Assembly: GCA_965140415.1 (NCBI GenBank)
Contig: OZ223209.1
Location: 4,480,001-4,544,000 of the forward strand
Direction: 5' to 3'
DNA: 64,000 bases
Origin: Myxococcota bacterium
GTDB lineage: Bacteria; Myxococcota_A; SURF-8
Of the stretch, positions 8,864-17,647 are shown piece after piece. Positions within the stretch are counted from its first letter, which is position 1. Every line of letters begins with the position of its first letter. A model generated the notes under the pieces. It had not been told where the DNA came from and did no database searches. It worked only from the letters and a program-made list of their open reading frames with translations. The translations under genes and the position numbers were made by a program.

Positions 8864-9178
8864 ATGCTTAGCCTTGATGGTTGCAGAAAGTACCTCGAAG
8901 AAGAGGATGCCGCGGTCTCGGACGAGGAACTCGCTGAAAAACGAGACTCAATGTATCAGCTGGCTCGTCTGCTATTGTCCGCACTCCCGGTTCCCGGTCA
9001 TACGTCCGAGGCTCCAGTGGTATCCGATCATTTCGAGGAAATCTTACGATCCTTGTCACCAGCGAAGCAGGGCGCGCTGAAGGACCGTGCGGCTTTCCTG
9101 GTGGCTGAAGTCGGCCTCCCGCCCGATGAAGCGGAGCGGGTGGCCATAACCGAGTACATCAAAGAACAGGAGAATTGA
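8864..9178 (+). CDS. Small hypothetical protein (element)
   Basis: 104-aa ORF closely packed between neighbours; AGGA upstream. Confidence 0.6.
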   Translation: MLSLDGCRKYLEEEDAAVSDEELAEKRDSMYQLARLLLSALPVPGHTSEAPVVSDHFEEILRSLSPAKQGALKDRAAFLVAEVGLPPDEAERVAITEYIKEQEN

Positions 9179-9180
9179 TC

Positions 9181-9372
9181 ATGACAAACCGTTCATCCAT
9201 GAATCCGGAAGGTAACAAGGTAGGCAAGGGAACAGCTCCCATGTCGAGCAAGGTTGAGGTTGCTATGAAAAAGGTCCAGGATGCTGTCGCTCAGTTGGAG
9301 TTCGACATCCGGTCTGATAGAATAAAGGCGGGACTCGCTGCGAAACGGGCCCGTGAGAAAGGGAACTCATAA
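9181..9372 (+). CDS. Small protein resembling the serine-recombinase alpha-E helix
   Basis: AQLEFDIRSDRIKAGLAAKRARE vs AQLDNDLRSDRTKTGM in the adjacent recombinase; AGGAG RBS. Confidence 0.6.
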   Translation: MTNRSSMNPEGNKVGKGTAPMSSKVEVAMKKVQDAVAQLEFDIRSDRIKAGLAAKRAREKGNS

Positions 9373-9391
9373 GCATCTGAGGAACTGACCC

Positions 9392-10903
9392 ATGGAACGA
9401 GCCGTTATCTACTGCCGGGTATCATCGAAGGAACAGGTGGACAATTACAGTCTTACCACCCAGGAACGCCTGTGCCGGGAATACTGCGAGCGCAACGGGT
9501 ACGAGGTGGACAAGGTCTTCGTAGAGGAAGGCGAATCGGCTAAGACCGCCAACCGTCGTTCCCTCCTTCGCATGCTGGACTACTGCGGCAAGGCGAAGGG
9601 CCGTATTAGTGTTCTGGTCGTCTACCAACTGAGTCGCTTTGCACGCCAAGCCAAAGATCATCACGCAGTGAAGGCCAAGCTGGCCAGCTTCGGAATCACC
9701 CTTCGATCAGCAACAGAACCCATCGACGATACTCCGATGGGGAAGGCGATGGAAAACATGGCCGCCACCTTCGCCCAGCTTGATAACGACCTACGTTCCG
9801 ACCGGACCAAAACCGGCATGCTCGAAGCTGCCATGAATGGCCGGTGGGTGCACCAAGCCCCAATCGGCTACCTCAATGGAAAGAAGGGAGGACCGAGCCT
9901 TGTTCATGATCCTGAGCGTGCCGACCTTGTCCGCAAAGGCTTCGAGTTGTTCGCCACACGCATGTACTCCAAGCAGCAGGTGGTGGACAAGATCAATGCC
10001 CTCGGCTTCACAAGCCCCAAGGGCGGCAAGCTCAACCCGCAGACCTTCGGGCGCATGCTCCGCAACCCGATCTATGCTGGTCGTGTGATCCTGGAGAGCT
10101 TCCAGATCGACACCAAGGGCGACTTTGAGCCCATCGTACCCGAAGACCTCTTTCGGCAGGTACAGGCGATTCTGGACGGTCGGACGTACCAGAATGTCCC
10201 CCACCACCGGAACAACAAGGACTTCCCTCTCCGGCGCTTTACCCGTTGCGCAAAGTGCGGAACACCACTCACGGGATCGTGGAGTACGGGCCGTGGGAAG
10301 AAGTATGCCTACTACCGTTGCCGGAATACCAAGTGCAAGGCCGTCAACATCCGCAAGGAGAACATGGAAGAACTGTTCCTGGAGCAGATCAACCGCATCA
10401 AGCCCAGGATGGAGTATATGAGGCTCTTCCGCGAGATCGTAAAGGATGTCTACCGGGAGCGGATGTCGGAAGGGACGGAGCACAATAAACGGCTGCAAGC
10501 CAACCTGCGAAAGGTGAAGCAGAAAAAAAGCCGCCTTCTCGATCTGCGCATCGAGGGAGATATCGACCATGCCTCTTACCAGAGTAAGAAGATAGAACTG
10601 GATGCCGAGATCGAGCTTGTGGAGCGGGAACTTGGCCGCCTGAACTCCGAAACGATGGATATCGACTCGGCACTGGACTTCGCCGAGCGTATCGTCATGA
10701 ATGCGGGTAAGCTGTGGGAAGCACTGGAGTTTGATGAAAGGGTGAAACTACAGGAGCTCTTATTCACAGGTGGGATCGACTTCGACGGCGAAAAATTTGG
10801 AACCATAAAAACAAACAGCATTTTCAGTATGTTAACCAAAAATGCTGCCTGCTATGAACAGTTGGCGACCCCAGCGGGAATTGAACCCGCGTCGCCGGCG
10901 TGA
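9392..10903 (+). CDS. Large serine recombinase (resolvase catalytic + recombinase + zinc-ribbon + coiled-coil)
   Basis: YCRVSS catalytic motif; LSRFAR; NPIYAG; CAKCG...YYRC...C zinc ribbon; last 41 nt overlap tRNA-Glu antisense. Confidence 0.95.
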   Translation: MERAVIYCRVSSKEQVDNYSLTTQERLCREYCERNGYEVDKVFVEEGESAKTANRRSLLRMLDYCGKAKGRISVLVVYQLSRFARQAKDHHAVKAKLASFGITLRSATEPIDDTPMGKAMENMAATFAQLDNDLRSDRTKTGMLEAAMNGRWVHQAPIGYLNGKKGGPSLVHDPERADLVRKGFELFATRMYSKQQVVDKINALGFTSPKGGKLNPQTFGRMLRNPIYAGRVILESFQIDTKGDFEPIVPEDLFRQVQAILDGRTYQNVPHHRNNKDFPLRRFTRCAKCGTPLTGSWSTGRGKKYAYYRCRNTKCKAVNIRKENMEELFLEQINRIKPRMEYMRLFREIVKDVYRERMSEGTEHNKRLQANLRKVKQKKSRLLDLRIEGDIDHASYQSKKIELDAEIELVERELGRLNSETMDIDSALDFAERIVMNAGKLWEALEFDERVKLQELLFTGGIDFDGEKFGTIKTNSIFSMLTKNAACYEQLATPAGIEPASPA

Positions 10904-10937
10904 AAGGCCGGTGTCCTAACCCCTAGACGATGGGGTC
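10863..10937 (-). tRNA. tRNA-Glu (anticodon TTC)
   Basis: Minus strand GACCCCATCGTCTAGGGGTTAGGACACCGGCCTTTCACGCCGGCGACGCGGGTTCAATTCCCGCTGGGGTCGCCA folds as a cloverleaf; CCA encoded. Confidence 0.95.
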
Positions 10938-10971
10938 GCTATAAAAAACCAAATACTGGTAAAGAACAAAT

Positions 10972-11047
10972 TGGTGAGCCGGGGGCGATTCGAACGCCCG
11001 ACCGACGGATTAAAAGTCCGCTGCTCTACCAGCTGAGCTACCGGCCC
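10972..11047 (-). tRNA. tRNA-Lys (anticodon TTT)
   Basis: Minus strand GGGCCGGTAGCTCAGCTGGTAGAGCAGCGGACTTTTAATCCGTCGGTCGGGCGTTCGAATCGCCCCCGGCTCACCA. Confidence 0.95.
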
Positions 11048-11089
11048 ACGGTAACGCGCCAAGTAAAGCTCGGCCCGTCGAGGCAAACT

Positions 11090-11118
11090 TTAATAGCAGC
11101 AACCGCTTTCGATGTCAA
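11090..11118 (-). promoter_or_regulatory. Candidate promoter of the tRNA-Lys/tRNA-Glu operon
   Basis: Minus strand TTGACA-17 bp-TATTAA with TG extension. Confidence 0.5.
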
Positions 11119-11198
11119 GAAATTCCGCATAGATTTTTTTCGCATTTTTCTTTTTATTGAAACAAAGGAAAAATCCTTATCGGTTACGGCTCGATACA

Positions 11199-11543
11199 TC
11201 AATCTTCCTCGGTCCAATCCGCCTCGAACGCTTCGCGGATACGCTCTGTTAGTTGCCGTTTTTCCTGCTGAATTTCAGCCAGACGCAAAAGACTGCTCCT
11301 AACGATCTCCCACTTTCTCTCATCGAAAACGCACAGATCATCCGAACGCACCAGGCGACGATCTTTTTCGTGAATGTCGTTGGCGCATTGTTCAACCTGA
11401 ATCCAATACCAGCGGGAAAGGTCGGACCGCTCGCCTTCCTGATCGATCACCCCCACTCCCCAGTTGCCCATATCATTGAAAATCACTCGCTGGTCCTTTT
11501 TCCAACGAATCTCTTTGCGCTGCAACACCATTTTCGCTCCCAT
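11199..11543 (-). CDS. Hypothetical protein
   Basis: 114-aa ORF 7 nt downstream of pgeF, same strand. Confidence 0.6.
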   Translation of the reverse strand: MGAKMVLQRKEIRWKKDQRVIFNDMGNWGVGVIDQEGERSDLSRWYWIQVEQCANDIHEKDRRLVRSDDLCVFDERKWEIVRSSLLRLAEIQQEKRQLTERIREAFEADWTEED

Positions 11544-11550
11544 TTCCTAA

Positions 11551-12336
11551 CTACAGTTGGTTCTCTTCCAATAGCCCGATTACATTGAGCATGCGCCCCG
11601 TAGCCGCTCCATGACGGCGATAAGAATATAGCGGCACATCATTCGAGCACATCGTACAGATATCGAAAATATGAATATTCTCTTCCTTGATTCCCTTTGC
11701 CACTGCCTGCTGTCGATTCACATAAACTAAATCAAGATGATAGTTTGAATTCTCCCCACCACTGACAACCGCCTGCTCGCCATAGCGATCAACAAAAATT
11801 TTGGCCAATTCCTCGCCGACCTCATAGCAACAGGCACGGGCGCTCGGTCCCAATGCAACCAGAACATCCTCCGGCTCCGTACCAAAAGATTTTCGCATCT
11901 GTTTTAAGGACCGTGACAGGATTTTCTCGTAACTGCCACGCCAACCCGCATGCACCGCCGCCACAACCCGCTTTTTGGGGTCCATCATCAGCACCGGCAT
12001 GCAATCGGCGGTCTTTACCGCCACAAACAAACCAGGCCGGTTGGTGATGATTCCATCGCAACGGATCACATCCGTCGGCGGAACGAAGGTATCGTTTTTG
12101 GCCACGACGAGAAGATTCGGCGAATGGATCTGGCGTACGCGCAATACCGGTTCGTCCGGCAATTCATGCAACTGGCGAAACGTCGTTTCTGCGGCGTGGA
12201 CGGTTTCCCGTCTCCAGGCCGCCAAGTTGTCGAAATCCTCCTGCGGAGCCTGGCTCGGATCGATCGGCGCGCAACCGAAGCCATGTGCTAAAAGGGGGAT
12301 GCTTTCCCATTGTGGAACTGTTAGAAATCGTGTCAT
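11551..12336 (-). CDS. pgeF: Peptidoglycan editing factor PgeF / YfiH family
   Basis: QIHS, TADCMPVL, HAGWRG, GPS..ACCYEV, YSYRR motifs; adjacent to rluD. Confidence 0.92.
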   Translation of the reverse strand: MTRFLTVPQWESIPLLAHGFGCAPIDPSQAPQEDFDNLAAWRRETVHAAETTFRQLHELPDEPVLRVRQIHSPNLLVVAKNDTFVPPTDVIRCDGIITNRPGLFVAVKTADCMPVLMMDPKKRVVAAVHAGWRGSYEKILSRSLKQMRKSFGTEPEDVLVALGPSARACCYEVGEELAKIFVDRYGEQAVVSGGENSNYHLDLVYVNRQQAVAKGIKEENIHIFDICTMCSNDVPLYSYRRHGAATGRMLNVIGLLEENQL

Positions 12337-13304
12337 GTGCTGCTCTTACCGCGTGTTTTCAACCACTGTAACAGGCTCTCAATATCTTCGGCAAGTTCCG
12401 CCTCGAAATGCATCCGTTGGCCGGAACTCGGGTGAACAAATCCCAAACTGGCTGCATGCAGCAATTGCCGTGTAATGCCCGCCAGCCGATCGCGCAATGG
12501 TTTGTCTGAAAGCTGCGACACGCGCCGGGAGCGGGCATAAACCGGATCTCCCACCACCGGATGACCGATGTGAGCCAGATGCACCCGGATCTGGTGAGTG
12601 CGTCCGGTTTCCAGCTTCAACTGCAATTCGGCCAGGGTGTCATAGCGCGTGACAACCCGATAATGCGTCACGGCATGCTTGCCGCCGCGCTCCACTACGG
12701 CAAAGCGTTTGCGGTCGTTGGGATGACGTCCCAAATTGCCTTCGATCGTGCCTTCATCCGTTTTCGGCGCGCCGAAACAGATGGCGCGATAACTGCGCTC
12801 GATGGAATGCTCCGCAAACTGCTGCGCTAAAACCTGATGGGCTCGCTCGTTTTTGGCGACCACCAGTAAACCGCTGGTATCCTTGTCGATGCGATGGACG
12901 ATCCCAGGTCGCAATACGCCGCCGATTCCCTGCAAGTCCGAGCAATGATGTAAAAGCGCGTTGACCAGCGTGCCATCCGGGTTTCCAACTGCCGGATGCA
13001 CTACCATTCCGGCAGGCTTGTTGACCACAATCAAATCGGAATCTTCATAGCGCACATCCAGGGGAATCTCTTGCGGTACAACCTGCCAGTCCTGCACTTC
13101 CGGCGGAGTCCAATTGATCGCTTGCCCGGCCTTCGCCCGTTGTGCGGCGCGCGTTACGATATCGTTATCCACACGCACCGCCTTGGCTTCGATCTGGCGA
13201 CGCACCTGGTTTCGAGATTCACCGGTCAGACGCACCAGCAGTACATCCAGGCGCTCCCCTTCGTCCTGCTCAGTGACAGTGAATCGTTGCTGCTCTTCGG
13301 ACAC
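12333..13304 (-). CDS. rluD: RluA-family 23S rRNA pseudouridine synthase
   Basis: S4 domain; NKPAGMVVHP, HRIDKDTSG, TGRTHQIRVH, LHA motifs. Confidence 0.93.
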   Translation of the reverse strand: MSEEQQRFTVTEQDEGERLDVLLVRLTGESRNQVRRQIEAKAVRVDNDIVTRAAQRAKAGQAINWTPPEVQDWQVVPQEIPLDVRYEDSDLIVVNKPAGMVVHPAVGNPDGTLVNALLHHCSDLQGIGGVLRPGIVHRIDKDTSGLLVVAKNERAHQVLAQQFAEHSIERSYRAICFGAPKTDEGTIEGNLGRHPNDRKRFAVVERGGKHAVTHYRVVTRYDTLAELQLKLETGRTHQIRVHLAHIGHPVVGDPVYARSRRVSQLSDKPLRDRLAGITRQLLHAASLGFVHPSSGQRMHFEAELAEDIESLLQWLKTRGKSST

Positions 13305-13313
13305 GAATGATTG

Positions 13314-13580
13314 TTACCAGATTTCGGATTCGATATGACCGCTGGATTTCACCAGGATGTCGATCAGGGCACGATAAAAAAAGTTCGTTTCCGAACGGAC
13401 TTCTTCGGAAACACGAGATTCGTACAAATCCAGGCCCTCTTGAATCTCGTCTTTCATCTGTTCGAACAGGTCGTCGTTGGCGATCCCGTCCGTCACTTTC
13501 TGCAAATTGTATTCCCGCAGGTCGGATGCAATCGCACGCGCCAATCTGCGCGCCGCCTCGGGTCGGTCGATTTTCGCCAT
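13314..13580 (-). CDS. Small helical hypothetical protein
   Basis: GGAGGA RBS before ATG 13580; ARRLARAIASDLREYN motif. Confidence 0.7.
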   Translation of the reverse strand: MAKIDRPEAARRLARAIASDLREYNLQKVTDGIANDDLFEQMKDEIQEGLDLYESRVSEEVRSETNFFYRALIDILVKSSGHIESEIW

Positions 13581-13661
13581 GTCATCCTCCTGTATTTCGC
13601 TGCCGCATTGTAGCACAGCTCGCACCCTGCGGGCAAGCATCGGCAATAATTGAACGAAAAA

Positions 13662-14666
13662 CTAATCCAGTTCCATCGGAAGCCCGTTGGCTTGCAACGA
13701 ACGCTGGGCCGCCGCCAAGACCTTCAAGACATCCAACCCGTTTTGACCATCGGATAATGGCTGGCTGCCGTTTTGGATGCAGTCCAGAAAATGCAGCGCC
13801 TCCTGCTTTAACGGTTCGGCTGCCGGTAACTCAACGGCAAGCGTCTCGCCGGAACGCACGGGAATCGCCTGCATATCGGGGCCATGGTCTCCAGGCTGCA
13901 CGCCTTTATCGAAAAGCTTCACCTTATCGACCGCTTCCATGTCGTCGAAGACCAGCATCTTTTTCGATCCCACCAGCGTCATGCAGCGGGTTTTGTGCGG
14001 ATCCAGCCAACTCAACTGGAAGTTGGCGATCTTGCCGTCATCGAAAAACATGGTTAGAAACACCACGTCTTCAATGTTCTTGTCTTTCTGAATATAGGCC
14101 GATCCGACAGCCGCCACCTTGACCGGTGGTTTGCCGAACATCCGCAAGGCGATTGAAATGTCGTGCGGCGCAAGCGACCACAAAGCGTTTTCGTCTCTGC
14201 GCACCTTGCCCAGATTGATACGCTGGCCGTACATGTAATAAAGATCGCCCAACTCGCCTTCATCGAGCAGAGCCTTCATACGCTCGACTGCCGCATGATA
14301 CAACAGCAGATGCCCGACCATCAGAATGCGGTCTTTCTCTTTCGCCAGTGTAACCAGTTCCTCCGCCTGTGTCACATCCAAGGTCAGCGGTTTTTCAACG
14401 AAAACATGTAACCCGGCTAAAAGCGCTTGTTTGGCGATCTCGTAATGAGCACCGGCGGGTGTCGCGACGACCACCGCATCCACCTGCCCGGCATCGATGA
14501 CATCCTGCACGTTTTCTACAAGTTGAATCTCCGGGTACAAGGCCGCCTGCTCTGCGCGTCGCTTCTCATCCAATTCGGCGACACCCCACAACACACCCAG
14601 TTGATGAAACACGCGCACGTGGTTTTTGCCCCAGCCGCCCGAACCGACTACCGCCACCTTTGTCAT
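13662..14666 (-). CDS. Gfo/Idh/MocA-family oxidoreductase (likely nucleotide-sugar dehydrogenase)
   Basis: GSGGWG, VEKP, APHD motifs. Confidence 0.9.
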   Translation of the reverse strand: MTKVAVVGSGGWGKNHVRVFHQLGVLWGVAELDEKRRAEQAALYPEIQLVENVQDVIDAGQVDAVVVATPAGAHYEIAKQALLAGLHVFVEKPLTLDVTQAEELVTLAKEKDRILMVGHLLLYHAAVERMKALLDEGELGDLYYMYGQRINLGKVRRDENALWSLAPHDISIALRMFGKPPVKVAAVGSAYIQKDKNIEDVVFLTMFFDDGKIANFQLSWLDPHKTRCMTLVGSKKMLVFDDMEAVDKVKLFDKGVQPGDHGPDMQAIPVRSGETLAVELPAAEPLKQEALHFLDCIQNGSQPLSDGQNGLDVLKVLAAAQRSLQANGLPMELD

Positions 14667-15655
14667 GCCTGCTCCCCGCTTCGCCTGAAGTCTTCTTTAT
14701 ACCACTCAATCGAGCGCCGCAGCCCCTCCGCCACGCTGATTTGTGCACTGAATTCCAACAGTTCCTTAGCCGCCGATACATCCGCCACCGAGTGGCGCAC
14801 GTCCCCTTCCCTCTCCGGACCATATTCCGGTTGCAGATCGAGTTGCAACAGATCCCGAATCGTGGAAAACAGATCGATCACGCTGATTACTCGTCCGCCT
14901 GCCACGTTGATCGGTCGCCCGCAGGCAGTGGATGGTGCAAACGCGGCCAGCATATTGGCCCGAGCCACATCGGATACGTGAACGAAATCGCGCGTCTGTC
15001 CGCCATCGCCATTGATGCGCGGAGCAACGCCGGAAAGCAGCTTGTGAACGAAGATCGGAATGACCGCTGCGTAGATGGACGTTGGATCCTGATGCGGACC
15101 GAAAACGTTGAAATAACGCAGAATCACCGTTTCCAACCCGTAAAGGGTGTAGAAATTGGCCGCGTAATACTCCATGGCGATTTTACTGCTGGCATAAGGC
15201 GACAGCGGCTCTGGGCGCATGGTTTCGACTTTGGGCAATTCGGGATTATTGCCATAGGTCGCCGCACTGGAAGAAAGCACCACGCGCCGCATCTTGGCGT
15301 CGCGGGCGGCCTGCAAGACCTTGATCGAACCGCCGACATTGATTTCGTTGGCCAGTTCCGGTTGTGCGACAGACTGCTCCACGCTGCCCATTGCGGCCAT
15401 ATGAAACAGCACCTGGGCACCGGAACAGGCATCGTTCAATGCGTCCGAGTTTCGGATGTCGTCTTCGATCAGGCGAAAACGATCCGCATAGCCTTGCTCG
15501 GCGATGAAATCCAGGTTGCGCCGCTTGCCCGAGGAAAAGTTGTCCAGCACAACGACACGAGCGCCATTGGCCAGTAGTTGTCGCGCCAGGTTGGAGCCGA
15601 TGAACCCCGCGCCGCCGGTAATGACGGCGGTCGTATCCTTCCATTGAGCGTTCAT
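14663..15655 (-). CDS. NAD-dependent nucleotide-sugar epimerase/dehydratase (extended SDR)
   Basis: TGGAGFIG, SSAATYG, YASSK, LRYFNVFGP motifs. Confidence 0.92.
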   Translation of the reverse strand: MNAQWKDTTAVITGGAGFIGSNLARQLLANGARVVVLDNFSSGKRRNLDFIAEQGYADRFRLIEDDIRNSDALNDACSGAQVLFHMAAMGSVEQSVAQPELANEINVGGSIKVLQAARDAKMRRVVLSSSAATYGNNPELPKVETMRPEPLSPYASSKIAMEYYAANFYTLYGLETVILRYFNVFGPHQDPTSIYAAVIPIFVHKLLSGVAPRINGDGGQTRDFVHVSDVARANMLAAFAPSTACGRPINVAGGRVISVIDLFSTIRDLLQLDLQPEYGPEREGDVRHSVADVSAAKELLEFSAQISVAEGLRRSIEWYKEDFRRSGEQA

Positions 15656-15691
15656 ATGCCTTCTGCCTCGATTGGAGAACCAGCCAACAGA

Positions 15692-17338
15692 CTACAGCCC
15701 CATAAGCATGCGGATTTTTGCGATGGGAAGCGTCCCGAAGGAAAGCAGTTCATCATGGAATTGTTTCAGGTTGAATTCCTCTTTGCTCTTCTGCTTGGCT
15801 TTCTTATAGTCTGCCAGCAGAGCCATGATTTCAAGCTTCCCGATCAGGTAGGTCATGGGCTGAGTGGGAGTCTGGCAATACCGGCGCACTTCCGCTTCGG
15901 CAGCGGCGGGTTCCATACCGACCTTTTCCACCAGTATATCGATGGCCTGCTGAGGTTTCATCTTTTTGCTGTGCAAGCCCACATCGATGACCACCCGGTA
16001 GGCGCGCCAAAGCGCGTCGCGCAGTTGCATGACGCGCTGCTTGCTTTCGGTGTAAAATCCCTGCTCGTACATCATCTCTTCGCAGTAAAACGCCCAGCCC
16101 TCCGCAAAGAGTGCCGACGGGAACAGGTGGCGCACCAGCCGTTGCTTGTTGCGATTGGCGTGCACCGTTTGCAGATGATGACCCGGATAGGCTTCGTGCA
16201 GAGCGGTTACGGCCATGCCCCATTTGGAATGCTCGCCCAGCAGTTTTCCCTGTTCTTTTGCCGGCATGTTGGTGGGCACGGTCACCCAGAAACAGCCCTT
16301 TTGTTCTTCATCCAACGGAGCCGGGGGAAGATAGGCGGCAAATGGGAAGAGCGGACGACCGAACTCCGGGGTCGGAGTCACTTCGATGGATTCACCTTCC
16401 GGTAACGTGACCAGATCGTTTTGCACGACGAAGTTACGCGCCCGCTTCATTTCGCGGGAGTACACTCCCACCAGACCATTGGTCGTGGGATGGGTTTTCT
16501 TTAAATCGCGATAAACCGCAATCCAATCTTTCTTTTTGGAAAATTTCGAAATTTCCGCATTCAGGTCCGATTCGATCTGCTTGATCTGCTTGTTGGCGGT
16601 TTTTACCAGGATATCGGCATCGCCTTTCAAGCCATGGGCGAGTTTGAGAATCTGAATGTAAACCGGCTTGGATATCGCAAAATGAGTCTTGCTTTTGCTT
16701 TCAAGCAGTCCGTTTAGATACTCGCTGAAATTCTGCAACTCGTTGATGATTTCTTCGTTGCTTTCCAATAGCGCATCCTGCAACGCCCCTCGCACCTGCT
16801 GAGCGAATTCGGGAACGGATTCCGAAAAGAATGCAATCGCTCCCGCGCAGGTATGCAGACCCGATTCCACAAACATCTTGGGGGGTTGATCCAGGTTTTT
16901 CATGGCCTGGCGCAGCAGGTTCGGCGCTTGAACCAGGCGTCTTGTGGCGGCTAAGGCGCGTTCGCGCACGGGTGCGTAATCTCTGGAAATCAGCACGTAG
17001 ATGCCAAACAGAATTTCCGACAAATACACATCCGGTAGCAGTGTATGTACCGGATATTTCTCGTAAAAGATCTTCTCCTGATCGATGCGCTCAAGAATCA
17101 GATCCATATCCACGCGGCAATCCGTACTTAACTGCCGACGGTTGATCTTTTTCAAGGCATCCTTGAATTTGCCTAGACGATCCTGCTTGCTTTTCAGTGC
17201 GGCAGGCGTAAAACTTGAAAAACTCTCGTCATTTTTATGATCACCGATAAAGCTGGATAATACCGGATTCGTTTTGAGATAGTATGCGACGAACGAATCT
17301 GCAATCTTCATGAAATCATTGTCGTGTGACGCGCCCAT
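15692..17338 (-). CDS. DUF885 family protein
   Basis: HEAYPGHHLQ, FAEGWAFYCE, YLIGKLEI motifs. Confidence 0.88.
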   Translation of the reverse strand: MGASHDNDFMKIADSFVAYYLKTNPVLSSFIGDHKNDESFSSFTPAALKSKQDRLGKFKDALKKINRRQLSTDCRVDMDLILERIDQEKIFYEKYPVHTLLPDVYLSEILFGIYVLISRDYAPVRERALAATRRLVQAPNLLRQAMKNLDQPPKMFVESGLHTCAGAIAFFSESVPEFAQQVRGALQDALLESNEEIINELQNFSEYLNGLLESKSKTHFAISKPVYIQILKLAHGLKGDADILVKTANKQIKQIESDLNAEISKFSKKKDWIAVYRDLKKTHPTTNGLVGVYSREMKRARNFVVQNDLVTLPEGESIEVTPTPEFGRPLFPFAAYLPPAPLDEEQKGCFWVTVPTNMPAKEQGKLLGEHSKWGMAVTALHEAYPGHHLQTVHANRNKQRLVRHLFPSALFAEGWAFYCEEMMYEQGFYTESKQRVMQLRDALWRAYRVVIDVGLHSKKMKPQQAIDILVEKVGMEPAAAEAEVRRYCQTPTQPMTYLIGKLEIMALLADYKKAKQKSKEEFNLKQFHDELLSFGTLPIAKIRMLMGL

Positions 17339-17647
17339 GATTGTTTCCCTGTCCCTCTAATCTGGAAAAATACCTAGAAAAAAATCGAATAATGCTACCA
17401 TCCTGCCGAAATCAAGTCAAAAGAATTCGGGTCCATCGAGAAGGCAAGAGTGGGAATTTGTAAGGGGCCGTCGGATGGTTCAAGGCTCCCGTTTTGAACC
17501 ATTCCTTATGGTCGGGGCTCCTGCCCTGACCATAGCTCGTACAACCGGCATTTAGAACTTGCCTCTCTAGCTGTATTTGTCTATCCTTTTTCAAGGACTC
17601 TGCCGCACGCCACGCGAAAACACTTCCACAAGAATGGAATGGGGACG

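Larger units (their letters stand above)
930..10903. mobile_element. Putative integrative element at the tRNA-Glu 3' end (large serine recombinase + rolling-circle Rep + cargo); left boundary approximate
   Basis: Recombinase abuts and overlaps tRNA-Glu; HUH Rep, sigma-like regulator and small ORFs all on + strand while flanking host genes are on - strand; AT-rich non-coding left flank; no exact att direct repeat found. Confidence 0.7.

Noticed and set aside
930-10903. Inovirus-like prophage
   Set aside because: No Zot-like ATPase or cluster of small single-TM coat genes despite the RC Rep
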